Shown here in pieces: positions 52,740-64,000 of a stretch of 64,000 bases of DNA; within the stretch, counting starts at the first letter, position 1, and each line of letters begins with the position of its first letter. Below the pieces are notes generated by a model. That model ran no database searches and had not been told where the DNA came from. It worked only from the letters and a program-made list of their open reading frames with translations. The position numbers were made by a program, and so were the translations under genes. This stretch comes from Myxococcales bacterium (GTDB lineage: Bacteria > Myxococcota_A > UBA9042 > JABWCM01 > BTVJ01), in assembly GCA_045863395.1 (NCBI GenBank), contig BTVJ01000012.1:32001-96000 (forward strand), given 5' to 3'.

Positions 52740-54728
52740 CTACTGCACGTCGGTGCCACCGGTAGGCGTGGCCTTGGCCTGCGCCTGGGCGTCGGCGAGG
52801 CACTCGATGTAGTCCGCTGCCTTGAGGAGCTGGTAGTCGAAGCGGAGCTGCGGGTTCGGGTCCGCCTGGTGGATCTGCTCCGCGTTGCCGCGCTTCTTCA
52901 CGCACTCGTCGAGCATCCCCATCATCTCCGCGTTCTCGGAGGTGTAGGGAGTGGGGATCGCCGACAGGTGGTTCGACAGGTTCTCCTCCCGGAAGCCGAG
53001 CGGCATGGGCTTGTCGATGTCCGGCGCCACCTCCACGTCTGGCGACACGCCGGTCACCTGGATGGTGCGGCCGCTCGGCGCGTAGTAGCGGGCCACGGTC
53101 AGCTTGATGTAGTAACCCCGCCCGATGTCGGGGTTGAACAGGGTCTGCACGCTGGCCTTGCCAAAGGACCGGTCACCGAGCACGAGTGCCCGCCGGTTGT
53201 CCTGGAGCGCGCTGGCGACGATCTCGCTCGCCGAGGCGCTGGAGTCGTTGGTCAGCACCACGAGCGGCATGGAGTAGGTCTCCGTCGCGGACGACCTGTA
53301 GAGCTTCTCTTTGCCCGTGTCACGCTTCGTCCGATCCTTGACGGACACGATCTTGGAGCCCGACGGCAGGAACAGCTCGGAGATGCTCACGGCCTGGTTG
53401 AGCAGCCCGCCGCTGTTGCCCCGCAGGTCGAAGACGAGCCCGCGCAGCTTGGAGCCCGCCGCCTCCTTCTGCAGCTTGTCGATGGCGCGCTGCAGCTCGG
53501 AGGTGGACGTCGGTACGAAGCCCGTCAGCTTCACGTAGCCGATGTCCTTGTGGTGCTTGATCATGTTGGCCGACACGTTCTTGATCTCGATGAACGACCG
53601 GGTGATGGGGATCTCGATGTCCTCGGGCTCGCCCATGCGGCGCAGCGTCAGCGTGACCACGGTCGCCTTCGGGCCCCGGATGCGCTTGACCACCTGCGGG
53701 AGCTGGAGCCCGTCGATGGACTTTCCGTCCACCTTCACGATCACGTCACCCGCCCGGACGCCGGCGGCGTGGGCAGGCTGCCCCTCGATGGGGCTCTCCA
53801 CGATGGTCTCGTCGTTGCGCTGCGTCAGGATGGCGCCGATGCCCTCGAAGCTGTTGTCCGTCGTGCGCTTCGTGGACTGGTCCCAGGCCTTGGAGCTCAC
53901 CACGGACGAGTGGGGATCCAGCGACGAGAGGTATCCGTTGGCGGCCGCGATCCAGAGGTCGCGATCCAGCGACGTGAGCCGGTCCGCCGCCTCCTTGTCC
54001 TTCTTGGCCTCCTTCTTGAGCTGCGTCTTGCCCAGCTCCCGCGCCTTCTCCATGCACAGATCGAAGTGCTCGGGCTTGTAGTCGATCTTGGACCACTCAC
54101 CCTCGAGGAGCTCCGTCCTCTTGCGCAGCTTGTCCCGTAGGTCCCGGATCTCGTCGTCGCTCAGCCGCTTGCGCTTCTCCTTCTCCTTCTTCTCGACCAG
54201 CTCCGCGGCGACGATGGGGAGGTCCTTGTAAGGCTTCAGCGTCTTGCCGCCCAGGCGCCCCTCCTCGTCGGGGTCGTCCTTGCGCGCCTCGTAGAAGGCT
54301 ACCGGCAGGAGCTGGTGGGGCTGGTGCAGGCTCAGCATCGCGTAGTTGCAGGCCTCAGCGTAGGCGCGGCCATCCTTCGGGTGGTCGTCGATGTAGTGCT
54401 CGCGCACGAAGCGCCGCACCTCGTCGAAGTTCTCGCGGTCGAACCGGACCCCCTTCCAGAAGTTGCGGTCCTCCTCCTCCTCCTCCTCGTCGCCCTCCTG
54501 GGCCAGCGCCGGCGGGTCTTCGTTCGCGGGCTCGGCGGCGAGCTCTCCCGGCGCGTGGTCCAAGGGCACGCCCTCCGAGCCGGCGGCGGCGACGGTGCCA
54601 ACCTCGCTCGGGCGCCGCTCCGGCTCCGCGGGCGCGGGCGCCTCCGAGCGGCAGGCGCCGACGGCCAGGGACAGGAGCGCAGCGAGAGAGAGAGAGCGGG
54701 CAACGGTCGAAAGCAGAGAGTTCCGCAC
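52740..54728 (-). CDS. S41 carboxy-terminal processing protease, lipoprotein
   Basis: Lipobox AVGAC; LDPHS, FEGIG (PDZ), DLRGNSGG, SASASE, FGKASVQ. Confidence 0.92.
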   Translation of the reverse strand: MRNSLLSTVARSLSLAALLSLAVGACRSEAPAPAEPERRPSEVGTVAAAGSEGVPLDHAPGELAAEPANEDPPALAQEGDEEEEEEDRNFWKGVRFDRENFDEVRRFVREHYIDDHPKDGRAYAEACNYAMLSLHQPHQLLPVAFYEARKDDPDEEGRLGGKTLKPYKDLPIVAAELVEKKEKEKRKRLSDDEIRDLRDKLRKRTELLEGEWSKIDYKPEHFDLCMEKARELGKTQLKKEAKKDKEAADRLTSLDRDLWIAAANGYLSSLDPHSSVVSSKAWDQSTKRTTDNSFEGIGAILTQRNDETIVESPIEGQPAHAAGVRAGDVIVKVDGKSIDGLQLPQVVKRIRGPKATVVTLTLRRMGEPEDIEIPITRSFIEIKNVSANMIKHHKDIGYVKLTGFVPTSTSELQRAIDKLQKEAAGSKLRGLVFDLRGNSGGLLNQAVSISELFLPSGSKIVSVKDRTKRDTGKEKLYRSSATETYSMPLVVLTNDSSASASEIVASALQDNRRALVLGDRSFGKASVQTLFNPDIGRGYYIKLTVARYYAPSGRTIQVTGVSPDVEVAPDIDKPMPLGFREENLSNHLSAIPTPYTSENAEMMGMLDECVKKRGNAEQIHQADPNPQLRFDYQLLKAADYIECLADAQAQAKATPTGGTDVQ

Positions 54729-54958
54729 TGGGCCACCTCGATGATTGACACGATTCTGCGTGGAGGCGCGACTCCTCCGCATCGTAACGGCAATGGCGCG
54801 CTGCCATCAAGGGGGCATCTTGCCCCGCCCCGGAGCGCCCTGGCCGACCCCGTGCGAACAACGACGCCCGAGGCCCCGTTTATTTCGGACGTTCTGCTTG
54901 CGGACATCTGTCGAATCGCGGACGGTACGGCCATGCCCCCGCGAGGCAGGGAGGTGCC

Positions 54959-56530
54959 ATGGACAAGCAGCGCTGGGACTTCGTGGTCGTCGGATCGGGC
55001 TTCGGCGGGAGCGTCAGCGCGCTTCGGCTGGCAGAGAAGGGCTGGCGCGTGCTGGTCCTGGAGAAGGGCCGGCGCTTCGCCCCAGGCGACTTCCCCGAGA
55101 CGAACTGGGACCTGCGCCGCTGGATGTGGGGCCCTCGCTTGGGCATGCAGGGCATCTTCCAGATGAGCTTCCTGCGCCACGTGACGGTGCTGCACGGCGT
55201 GGGGGTCGGCGGCGGCTCGCTGGTCTACGCCAACACCCTGCCCGTCCCCAAGGACCCCTTCTTCCGGGCCCCGTCGTGGGGCCACCTGGCCGACTGGAAG
55301 AGGGAGCTCGCCCCCTGCTACGCCACCGCGCGCCGGATGCTGGGCGCCACGCCCAACCCCCGCTGGACCCGGGGCGACCAGGTGCTCTCCGAGATCGCGA
55401 AGGAGATGGGGCGCTCGGAGCACCACCACCCGACGGACGTCGCCGTCTACTTCGGGGAGCCCGGCCGCTCGGTGACCGACCCGTACTTCGGCGGCGAGGG
55501 CCCGTCACGCACCGGGTGCACACACTGCGGCGCGTGCATGACCGGGTGCCGCGTGGGGGCCAAGAACACGCTGGACAGAAACTATCTGTGGCTGGCCGAG
55601 CGTCGCGGCGTCACCGTGGTGCCCGAGACGGAGGTCACCGCCCTGCGCCCGGGCAAAGACGGCTATCGTCTGGAGGTTCGTCCCTCCCTGCGTCCGGGCC
55701 GCGCACGCACCATCACCGCGGATCGGGTCGTGCTGGCTGGCGGCGTCATGGGCACGGTCCCCCTGCTCCTCGCCATGAAGGAGGACGGCCTCCCCGCCCT
55801 GTCCGACCGGGTCGGGGACTTCGTGCGGACCAACAGCGAGGCGCTCTTTGGCGTCGTGTCCGCCAACCCCGAAGACGACTTTACCGAGGGGGTGGCGATC
55901 ACGTCGATCCTGCACACGGACGAGCACAGCCACATCGAGCCCGTGCGGTATGCGGCGGGCTCCGGGTTCTTCCGCCTGCTGGTCGCGCCCCACGCCCCGG
56001 GCGAGACCGCGGCGGAGCGTCTCGCGGGCGCTCTACGAATGCTGGCCGCCGATCCCGCTACGTGGCTCCGCGCCATGACCGTGGCGGACTTCGCCAGGCA
56101 GAGTCAGGTGCTGCTCTACATGCGGACCCTGGAGGGGAGCCTGCGGCTGCGGCTCGGCCGGGGCCTCCACACGGGCCTGCGGAGGGGACTGGTCAGCGAG
56201 CTGGCCGACCCGGCCAATGCGCCGCGCGCGTTCATCCCCGAGGCGACGGACCTGGCGCGCCGCTTCGCCGACAAGGTCGGAGGCGTCCCCATGAACATGA
56301 TGACGGAGACACTGCTCGGCGTGCCCTCGACGGCGCACATCCTGGGCGGTGCCTGCATGGGGAGCGACCGGGACGAGGGCGTCATCGACCCGTGGCACCG
56401 GGTCCACGGCTATCCGGGCCTCTACGTGGTGGACGGGGCGGCCGTCTCGGCAAACCCGGGAGTCAACCCGTCACTGACCATCACGGCCCTGGCGGAGCGA
56501 GCCATGGCGGCCATCCCGGCGCGCGCCTGA
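54959..56530 (+). CDS. GMC oxidoreductase, cholesterol oxidase (ChoD)-like
   Basis: GSGFGGSV, GGGSLVYAN, CTHCGACMTGC..KNTLDRNY, HIEPVRY, TAHILGG, GVNPSLTI. Confidence 0.88.
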   Translation: MDKQRWDFVVVGSGFGGSVSALRLAEKGWRVLVLEKGRRFAPGDFPETNWDLRRWMWGPRLGMQGIFQMSFLRHVTVLHGVGVGGGSLVYANTLPVPKDPFFRAPSWGHLADWKRELAPCYATARRMLGATPNPRWTRGDQVLSEIAKEMGRSEHHHPTDVAVYFGEPGRSVTDPYFGGEGPSRTGCTHCGACMTGCRVGAKNTLDRNYLWLAERRGVTVVPETEVTALRPGKDGYRLEVRPSLRPGRARTITADRVVLAGGVMGTVPLLLAMKEDGLPALSDRVGDFVRTNSEALFGVVSANPEDDFTEGVAITSILHTDEHSHIEPVRYAAGSGFFRLLVAPHAPGETAAERLAGALRMLAADPATWLRAMTVADFARQSQVLLYMRTLEGSLRLRLGRGLHTGLRRGLVSELADPANAPRAFIPEATDLARRFADKVGGVPMNMMTETLLGVPSTAHILGGACMGSDRDEGVIDPWHRVHGYPGLYVVDGAAVSANPGVNPSLTITALAERAMAAIPARA

Positions 56531-56545
56531 CCTTGAGTGCAGCGA

Positions 56546-57001
56546 TCAGGCGTGCCCGGTGTGACCGAAGCCGCCTGCGCCGCGTGAGGTGTCGTCCAGC
56601 TCCTCGACCAGCTCCACCTGCACGACGCCGTGGCGCGCCAGCACGAGCTGGGCGATGCGGTCGCCCCTCGCGATGGTGAACGGCTCGCGACCGAGGTTGA
56701 TGGCGATGACGGAGACCTCTCCCCGGTAGTCGCTGTCGATGGTCCCGGGGGTGTTCAGCAGGGTGACGCCGTGTCGCAGGGCGAGGCCGCTGCGGGGGCG
56801 CACCTGGGCCTCCCAACCGTGGGGAACGGCGATGGCGAGGCCGGTGGGGACCAGGGCCCGGTCGCCAGGCCCGAGGGTCAGGGGTGTCGTAACGGCGGCC
56901 CGCAGATCCATGCCCGCGGAGCCGCTCGTCTGGGGGGACGGCAGCGGCAGGTCCGCGTCTGCCTCGCGCACGCGGCGCACCCGAAGCAGGACGCGGTCCA
57001 T
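56546..57001 (-). CDS. dut: dUTP diphosphatase
   Basis: [38 protein letters not shown]. Confidence 0.96.
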   Translation of the reverse strand: MDRVLLRVRRVREADADLPLPSPQTSGSAGMDLRAAVTTPLTLGPGDRALVPTGLAIAVPHGWEAQVRPRSGLALRHGVTLLNTPGTIDSDYRGEVSVIAINLGREPFTIARGDRIAQLVLARHGVVQVELVEELDDTSRGAGGFGHTGHA

Positions 57002-57003
57002 CG

Positions 57004-59091
<2,088 letters not shown>

Positions 59092-59364
59092 GGGAATTTC
59101 CTCTGCCGTTCCTGGCATGGCCGAGGCCCCTTGCCCTCCCCACTCGGGAGGACGAGGCGCGCGCAGCGCTGGGGGGCACGGGTCATGCGCTCTATCGATG
59201 GCCCTGGGGAAGATCCGCCAGAGCCCGGGGGGAGGGAGCATCGGAAGCGGAAGGAGGTCGGTGCCATGAATGAAGCCGCGGAGGACACGCGCATCGTCGT
59301 GCGCCCCGCGCCTTCACTCATCGTAGCTCGTCCGGCCCCCCCGCCGCCGGGGGGCGCCCCCGCG

Positions 59365-59634
59365 CTACTTACGAATGCCGAGCTCGCGGATGACCGTGGC
59401 GTACCGGCTGACGTCCTTCGACTTCACATAGTCGAGCATGCGCCGCCGCTGGCCGACGAGCTTCAGCAGCCCGCGGCGGGAGTGGTGGTCCTTCTTGTGG
59501 GTCTTGAAGTGCTCGGTGAGGTAGTTGATCCGCTCCGTGAGAAGCGCGATCTGGACCTCGGGCGAGCCCGTGTCCCCCTCGTGCGCACGAAACTTCTCGA
59601 TGATCTCTTGCTTTCGGACCGTATGCAGGCCCAT
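59365..59634 (-). CDS. rpsO: 30S ribosomal protein S15
   Basis: [24 protein letters not shown]; 89 aa. Confidence 0.97.
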   Translation of the reverse strand: MGLHTVRKQEIIEKFRAHEGDTGSPEVQIALLTERINYLTEHFKTHKKDHHSRRGLLKLVGQRRRMLDYVKSKDVSRYATVIRELGIRK

Positions 59635-59704
59635 GGGTGCTCCTCCTGACGGGGGGTCGTGTTCAGGACCCCGATGCTGTTCCAATCCCAATTCGCGGGC
59701 CACA

Positions 59705-59733
59705 GTTATAGAGGCGAGCCCCGGTGGTGTCAA
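59705..59733 (-). promoter_or_regulatory. rpsO-pnp promoter (-35 overlaps the truB stop codon)
   Basis: TTGACA-N17-TATAAC. Confidence 0.75.
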
Positions 59734-60629
59734 CGCGAATCTCCGCCTGCCGCAGCGGAAAACCCTCGCACGACCTCGACCAGCCCGCCATGTACCCTAC
59801 CGACGGCTACGAGCCTCCCACACGGATCCAGGAGTCGAGTCGCCTCTGCGTCCGAGGTACCCGAGACAGCCACCCGCTGGCCCCACCCGACGCGCTGCGC
59901 CGTGTCCTCGTCCAGGTGGAGCGCCGGCAGGTGCGCCAGCGCCTCCTCGATGGGTACCAGCCGCCCCGCGACCTCACGCCCCTGGGACAAGACCTCCGTG
60001 AGGGAGACCGCGCCGGCGACCCGGAAGGCACCGCTCTCCGTGCGGCGCAGCGCAGCGAGGTGCGCCACCGTGCCCAGGGCGCGCCCCAGGTCCCGCGCGA
60101 GGCTGCGGATGTACGTGCCCTTGCCGCACCGCACGCGGAGCGACACGCGGCCAGGCTCAAAGCCCGTGACCGTGATGTGCTCCATGCGCACCCACCGCGA
60201 TGGCGCCTCTACGGCCACTCCGGCCCGGGCCAGCTCGTAGAGCCGCCTCCCGCCTTGGTGGATGGCGCTGTAGGCGGGCGGGACCTGCTCCACGAGACCG
60301 ACGAAGGCGCGGGCTGCCTCGATGGCGGCCTCCCGCGTGACGTGCGCGGCGTCCGCCTCGGCGACGACGACGCCCTCCGTGTCCAGGGTGTCCGTCTCCG
60401 AACCAAGCGCGACGACCGCCTCGTACTCCTTGTCCCCGTCCATGAGGAACGGCACAGCCTTGGTCGCCTCGCCGACGCACACGACGAGCAGGCCCGTCGC
60501 GAAGGGGTCGAGGGTCCCGGCGTGGCCGACCCGCCGGACGCCGAGCGCCCGCCGCACGGCCTGGACCACGTCGAAGGAGGTGACGCCCGGCGGCTTGTCC
60601 ACGGCGAGGACGCCGCCCAGCTCACCCAT
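59730..60629 (-). CDS. truB: tRNA pseudouridine(55) synthase
   Basis: [39 protein letters not shown]. Confidence 0.96.
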   Translation of the reverse strand: MGELGGVLAVDKPPGVTSFDVVQAVRRALGVRRVGHAGTLDPFATGLLVVCVGEATKAVPFLMDGDKEYEAVVALGSETDTLDTEGVVVAEADAAHVTREAAIEAARAFVGLVEQVPPAYSAIHQGGRRLYELARAGVAVEAPSRWVRMEHITVTGFEPGRVSLRVRCGKGTYIRSLARDLGRALGTVAHLAALRRTESGAFRVAGAVSLTEVLSQGREVAGRLVPIEEALAHLPALHLDEDTAQRVGWGQRVAVSGTSDAEATRLLDPCGRLVAVGRVHGGLVEVVRGFSAAAGGDSR

Positions 60630-61035
60630 CGGAGCCCGGGTCGTCCGCGTCGCCCTTGTCGTCAGCCCCCTCAACCCCGTCAGGCGGCTGCTCGTGCAGG
60701 GCGTGAATGATCTGATCGACGCGCCGCCCCTGCTCCACGCCCCGGTCCATGACGAACTGAAGGCGCGGACTGTACCGCAGCGCGAGCTGGTCCCCGACGT
60801 GGCCCCGAAGGAAGCCGGCGACGCTGGCCAGGCCCGCAGCGACGGCCTCCGGGTTGGCCCCCTCCATGGGGTACCAGGTGACGCGAGCCGTGCCCAGGTC
60901 CGACGAGACGTGCACGCCAGTGACGACAGCGCCACGGACCCGAGGGTCCTTCACGGTGCGCTGCAAGGCCTCGCTGACGACCTCGCGCAACAGGGGCGCG
61001 AGCCGCTCGGCCCGCGAGAAGGTCTTCTTCTGCAT
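60622..61035 (-). CDS. rbfA: Ribosome-binding factor A
   Basis: VKDPR, VSSDL, GFLR, LRYSPRLQF; position in operon. Confidence 0.93.
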   Translation of the reverse strand: MQKKTFSRAERLAPLLREVVSEALQRTVKDPRVRGAVVTGVHVSSDLGTARVTWYPMEGANPEAVAAGLASVAGFLRGHVGDQLALRYSPRLQFVMDRGVEQGRRVDQIIHALHEQPPDGVEGADDKGDADDPGSDG

Positions 61036-61328
61036 CAGTAGTTCACGATCTCGAACTGGTGGTCTTCCACCGGCGCGAGCCCCATGGCGTCGATGAACTC
61101 GACGATGGTGTCGATGCGGGACTGGATCACGCGCCGGTCATTGCCGACGACGGCAAACCCGAGCACCCCGCGGTCCAGGACGTCCAGGTCGTCCACCTCG
61201 GCGATGGCCACGTTGAAGCGGTTGCGGGAGCGGTCGATGACCCGGCGGAGGACGGAGCGCTTGCCCTTGAGCGAGTCGTTCCCCTCGATGCCGAGATCCA
61301 GCCGGCACACTCCGACGATCAGAGCCAT
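61035..61328 (-). CDS. DUF503 (YlxP-like) protein
   Basis: SLKGKR, FNVAIAEV; located between infB and rbfA. Confidence 0.9.
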   Translation of the reverse strand: MALIVGVCRLDLGIEGNDSLKGKRSVLRRVIDRSRNRFNVAIAEVDDLDVLDRGVLGFAVVGNDRRVIQSRIDTIVEFIDAMGLAPVEDHQFEIVNY

Positions 61329-61347
61329 GCTCTCACCCTGGGCTGCG

Positions 61348-63999
61348 CTACAAGGTCTGGCTCACCTCGATGATCTCGAAGACCTCGATGATGTCGCCGA
61401 TCTTGATGTCGTTGTAGCCGTCGAGCCCGACGCCGCACTCGTAGCCCTCGCGCACCTCCTTGACGTCGTCCTTGAAGCGGCGCAGCGAGCCGACCCGCCC
61501 CTTCCAGACCTGGACGCCGTCGCGGACGAGGCGCACCTGGGCGCCACGGCGCACGATGCCGCTCGTGACCATGCAGCCCGCGATGGTGCCGACCTTGGGC
61601 ACGGGGAAGGTCTCGCGGACCTCCACCCGCCCGAGGGAGCGCTCCTCCAGGGTCGGCGCCAGCAGTCCCTCCAGGGCCTTCCGCACGTCGTCGAGGGCCT
61701 CGTAGATGATGGTGTAGAGCTTGAGCTCGACCTTCTCCTGCTCCGCGAGGGCCTTGGCGCTCGGCTCGGGCCTGACGTTGAAGCCGATGATGATCGCGTT
61801 GGACGCGCTGGCCAGGTTGATGTCGCTCTCCGTGATGGCGCCGACGCCGTCGTGGATGATGCGCACCTTGACCTTGTCGTGCTTGATGTCGCCGAGCGCC
61901 TTCTTGAGCGCCTCGGCTGATCCGTGCACGTCGGTCTTGAGGATGAGCTTGAGCTCCTGCACCTCGCCCGCGCTGATCTGCTCGTAGAGCTTGTCGAGGG
62001 TGGTCTTGGACGTGGCGCCCATCTGCTTCTTGCGCTCCGCCTGGATGCGGTGCTCGACCACCTGGCGCGCCAGCTTGTCGTCGCTGACCACGTAGAACAT
62101 GTCCGACGCGATGGGCACCGAGTCGAGCCCGAGGACCTCCACGGGCATCGCAGGGCCGGCCTCGTCCACCTTGTTGCCCTTGTCGTCCATCAGGGCGCGC
62201 ACGCGGCCCGCCGACGTTCCCGTGAGGATGGTGTCGCCCACGCGCAAGGTGCCGTCCTGCACGAGCACGCTCGCCACGGGGCCGCGGCCCCGGTCGAGCT
62301 GGGACTCGATGACCACGCCGCGCGCCGCCTTGTTGGGGTTGGCCGACAGGTCCAGGATCTCGGACTGGAGCACCAGCATCTCCAGGAGGTGGTCGAAGCC
62401 CTCTCCGGTGTGCGCGCTGACCTTGCACACGATGGTGTCGCCGCCCCACTCCTCGGCCTGGAGCCCGTGCTCCGCCAGCTCCTGCAGCACGCGCTCGGGG
62501 CGCGCGTTGGACTTGTCGATCTTGTTGACCGCCACGATGATCGGCACGTCCGCCTCGCGGGCGTGGTTGATCGCCTCGATGGTCTGCGGCATGACGCCGT
62601 CGTCCGCCGCCACCACGAGGATGACCACGTCCGTCACCTGGGCGCCGCGGGCACGCATGGCCGTAAAGGCCTCGTGGCCCGGGGTGTCCAGGAACACGAT
62701 CTGGCCGCCGGGCAGGTCGACGCGATAGGCGCCGATGTGCTGCGTGATGCCGCCAGCCTCCCCGTCGGCGACCCGCGCCTTGCGGATCCGATCGAGGAGC
62801 GACGTCTTGCCGTGGTCGACGTGACCCATCACCGTGACCACCGGGGGCCGCGGCAGCAGATCCTCGTCTGCGTCCTCGATCTCGGGGATCAGCTTGTCGA
62901 TGTCGAAGGCCACGTTCTCGGCCGTGAAGCCGAACTCTCCTGCGATGGTCTCCGCCGTGTCGAAGTCCAGCGACTGCGTGATCGTCGCCATGACGCCCAA
63001 CGCCATGAGCTGACGAATGATGTCGCCCGCCTTGACGCTGAGCATGGCGGCCAGCTCCTGGACGCTGACCGTGTCCTCGATCTTGACGATGCGCTTGCTC
63101 GCCTTCGGCGTGGTGAGCTGCGTCTTCATCGCCTTTCTGGGCTTGGCGTTCCGGCGGCCGCGCCGCCCACCCCGGGCCCCCAGGTCGTCCATGTCCACGG
63201 CAGTCATGAAGTTGAACGCGCCGCCGCGACGATCAAAGACCTGCTTGCCCTTGGGCTTCTTGGCGGCGCCGCGCCGATCATCTTCGGCGGTGGTGCGGCC
63301 TGGCGGCGTGGCGGGCGCCGGTCCGGTCGGCGCCGGCCGCCGCCCCGGTGCCGGGGCCAGGCCTCCCCGCGGATCCAGCGCCGGTGGCGGGGCCTGACCC
63401 ATGCGAGGATCGGGACCGCGCCCGGGCGGCATCCCAGGCCCACGATTGGGGGGCATCGGGCGCCCGAGCGTCGGGCGCTGTCCAGGCGGACGAGGCGGCA
63501 CGAAGCCTGCCGGCGGCGGTGCGATGACGACCGCCTGCCGGTCGGTCGGCCGCGCATCGGGGTCGATCCTGAGCGTCGTGGGCCGCCGCACCTCTGGAGC
63601 AGCAGGCTCGGGAGCTGCCTCCGCAACCGGCGCAGGCGCCTCCACGGGAGGAGGCGGCTCCACATCGCGAACCGGGGCCTCCTCCACGGGCTGCGGCGCG
63701 GGCGGCGCCACCTCCACCGAAGCAGCCTCGCGCACTGCGGGCACTTCGAGCTCTGGCGCCTCCGCCGCGGGCTCACGGGCCGGGATGACCTCAGCCGGCC
63801 GCTCGACGACCGGCTCCTCCCACTGCGGCGCCACCTCCGCGGCGGCCGGTGCCGGCTCTGGGACCGCAGCCGGCTCCTCCCGCCCGACCCGCGACACGGC
63901 GCGCGCCTCCCGGGGAGCCTCCTCCTCCGTGGCCAGGCGCCGCCGCCGCACGACGGTCTTCGCTACCCGCGTCTCGACGACCTCACCCTCCCGCGGCTG
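61348..63999 (-). CDS. infB: Translation initiation factor IF-2 (5' end beyond window)
   Basis: [44 protein letters not shown]. Confidence 0.97.
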   Translation of the reverse strand, partial: QPREGEVVETRVAKTVVRRRRLATEEEAPREARAVSRVGREEPAAVPEPAPAAAEVAPQWEEPVVERPAEVIPAREPAAEAPELEVPAVREAASVEVAPPAPQPVEEAPVRDVEPPPPVEAPAPVAEAAPEPAAPEVRRPTTLRIDPDARPTDRQAVVIAPPPAGFVPPRPPGQRPTLGRPMPPNRGPGMPPGRGPDPRMGQAPPPALDPRGGLAPAPGRRPAPTGPAPATPPGRTTAEDDRRGAAKKPKGKQVFDRRGGAFNFMTAVDMDDLGARGGRRGRRNAKPRKAMKTQLTTPKASKRIVKIEDTVSVQELAAMLSVKAGDIIRQLMALGVMATITQSLDFDTAETIAGEFGFTAENVAFDIDKLIPEIEDADEDLLPRPPVVTVMGHVDHGKTSLLDRIRKARVADGEAGGITQHIGAYRVDLPGGQIVFLDTPGHEAFTAMRARGAQVTDVVILVVAADDGVMPQTIEAINHAREADVPIIVAVNKIDKSNARPERVLQELAEHGLQAEEWGGDTIVCKVSAHTGEGFDHLLEMLVLQSEILDLSANPNKAARGVVIESQLDRGRGPVASVLVQDGTLRVGDTILTGTSAGRVRALMDDKGNKVDEAGPAMPVEVLGLDSVPIASDMFYVVSDDKLARQVVEHRIQAERKKQMGATSKTTLDKLYEQISAGEVQELKLILKTDVHGSAEALKKALGDIKHDKVKVRIIHDGVGAITESDINLASASNAIIIGFNVRPEPSAKALAEQEKVELKLYTIIYEALDDVRKALEGLLAPTLEERSLGRVEVRETFPVPKVGTIAGCMVTSGIVRRGAQVRLVRDGVQVWKGRVGSLRRFKDDVKEVREGYECGVGLDGYNDIKIGDIIEVFEIIEVSQTL

Positions 64000-64000
64000 C

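Overview
High-GC bacterial chromosomal segment, most likely from a Myxococcota/deltaproteobacterial genome (inferred from Cys-rich lipoproteins with DTGG linkers, PEGA and FHA proteins, and the infB-DUF503-rbfA-truB-rpsO-pnp-dut block). It holds about 47 CDS and one tRNA-Cys, with no integrase, transposase, prophage or CRISPR array seen. Housekeeping content: yggS (partial), a branched-chain/2-oxoacid dehydrogenase cluster in beta-E2-alpha order, an isolated nuoB, an S41 protease and the translation operon. The most notable items are: (1) a dispersed sugar-phosphate-type bacterial microcompartment signal, i.e. DeoC with an N-terminal encapsulation-peptide-like helix plus a lone BMC-T shell gene 40 kb away that abuts a SAMHD1-like dNTPase; (2) a CPA2/USP cation antiporter coupled to an XRE-HTH/PTS-EIIA fusion regulator, with a perfect palindromic operator over its promoter; (3) a PlsA/PlsR-like activase-dehydratase pair (anaerobic plasmalogen/ether-lipid type) with operator-like palindromes; (4) a laforin/LSF2-like phosphatase beside an FHA-zinc ribbon-SHOCT protein; (5) an EAD1-like membrane protein; (6) two enzymes with substituted catalytic residues; (7) a surface-glycosylation cluster with a Cys-rich repeat lipoprotein. 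All family assignments come from motif recognition by eye; no searches were run.
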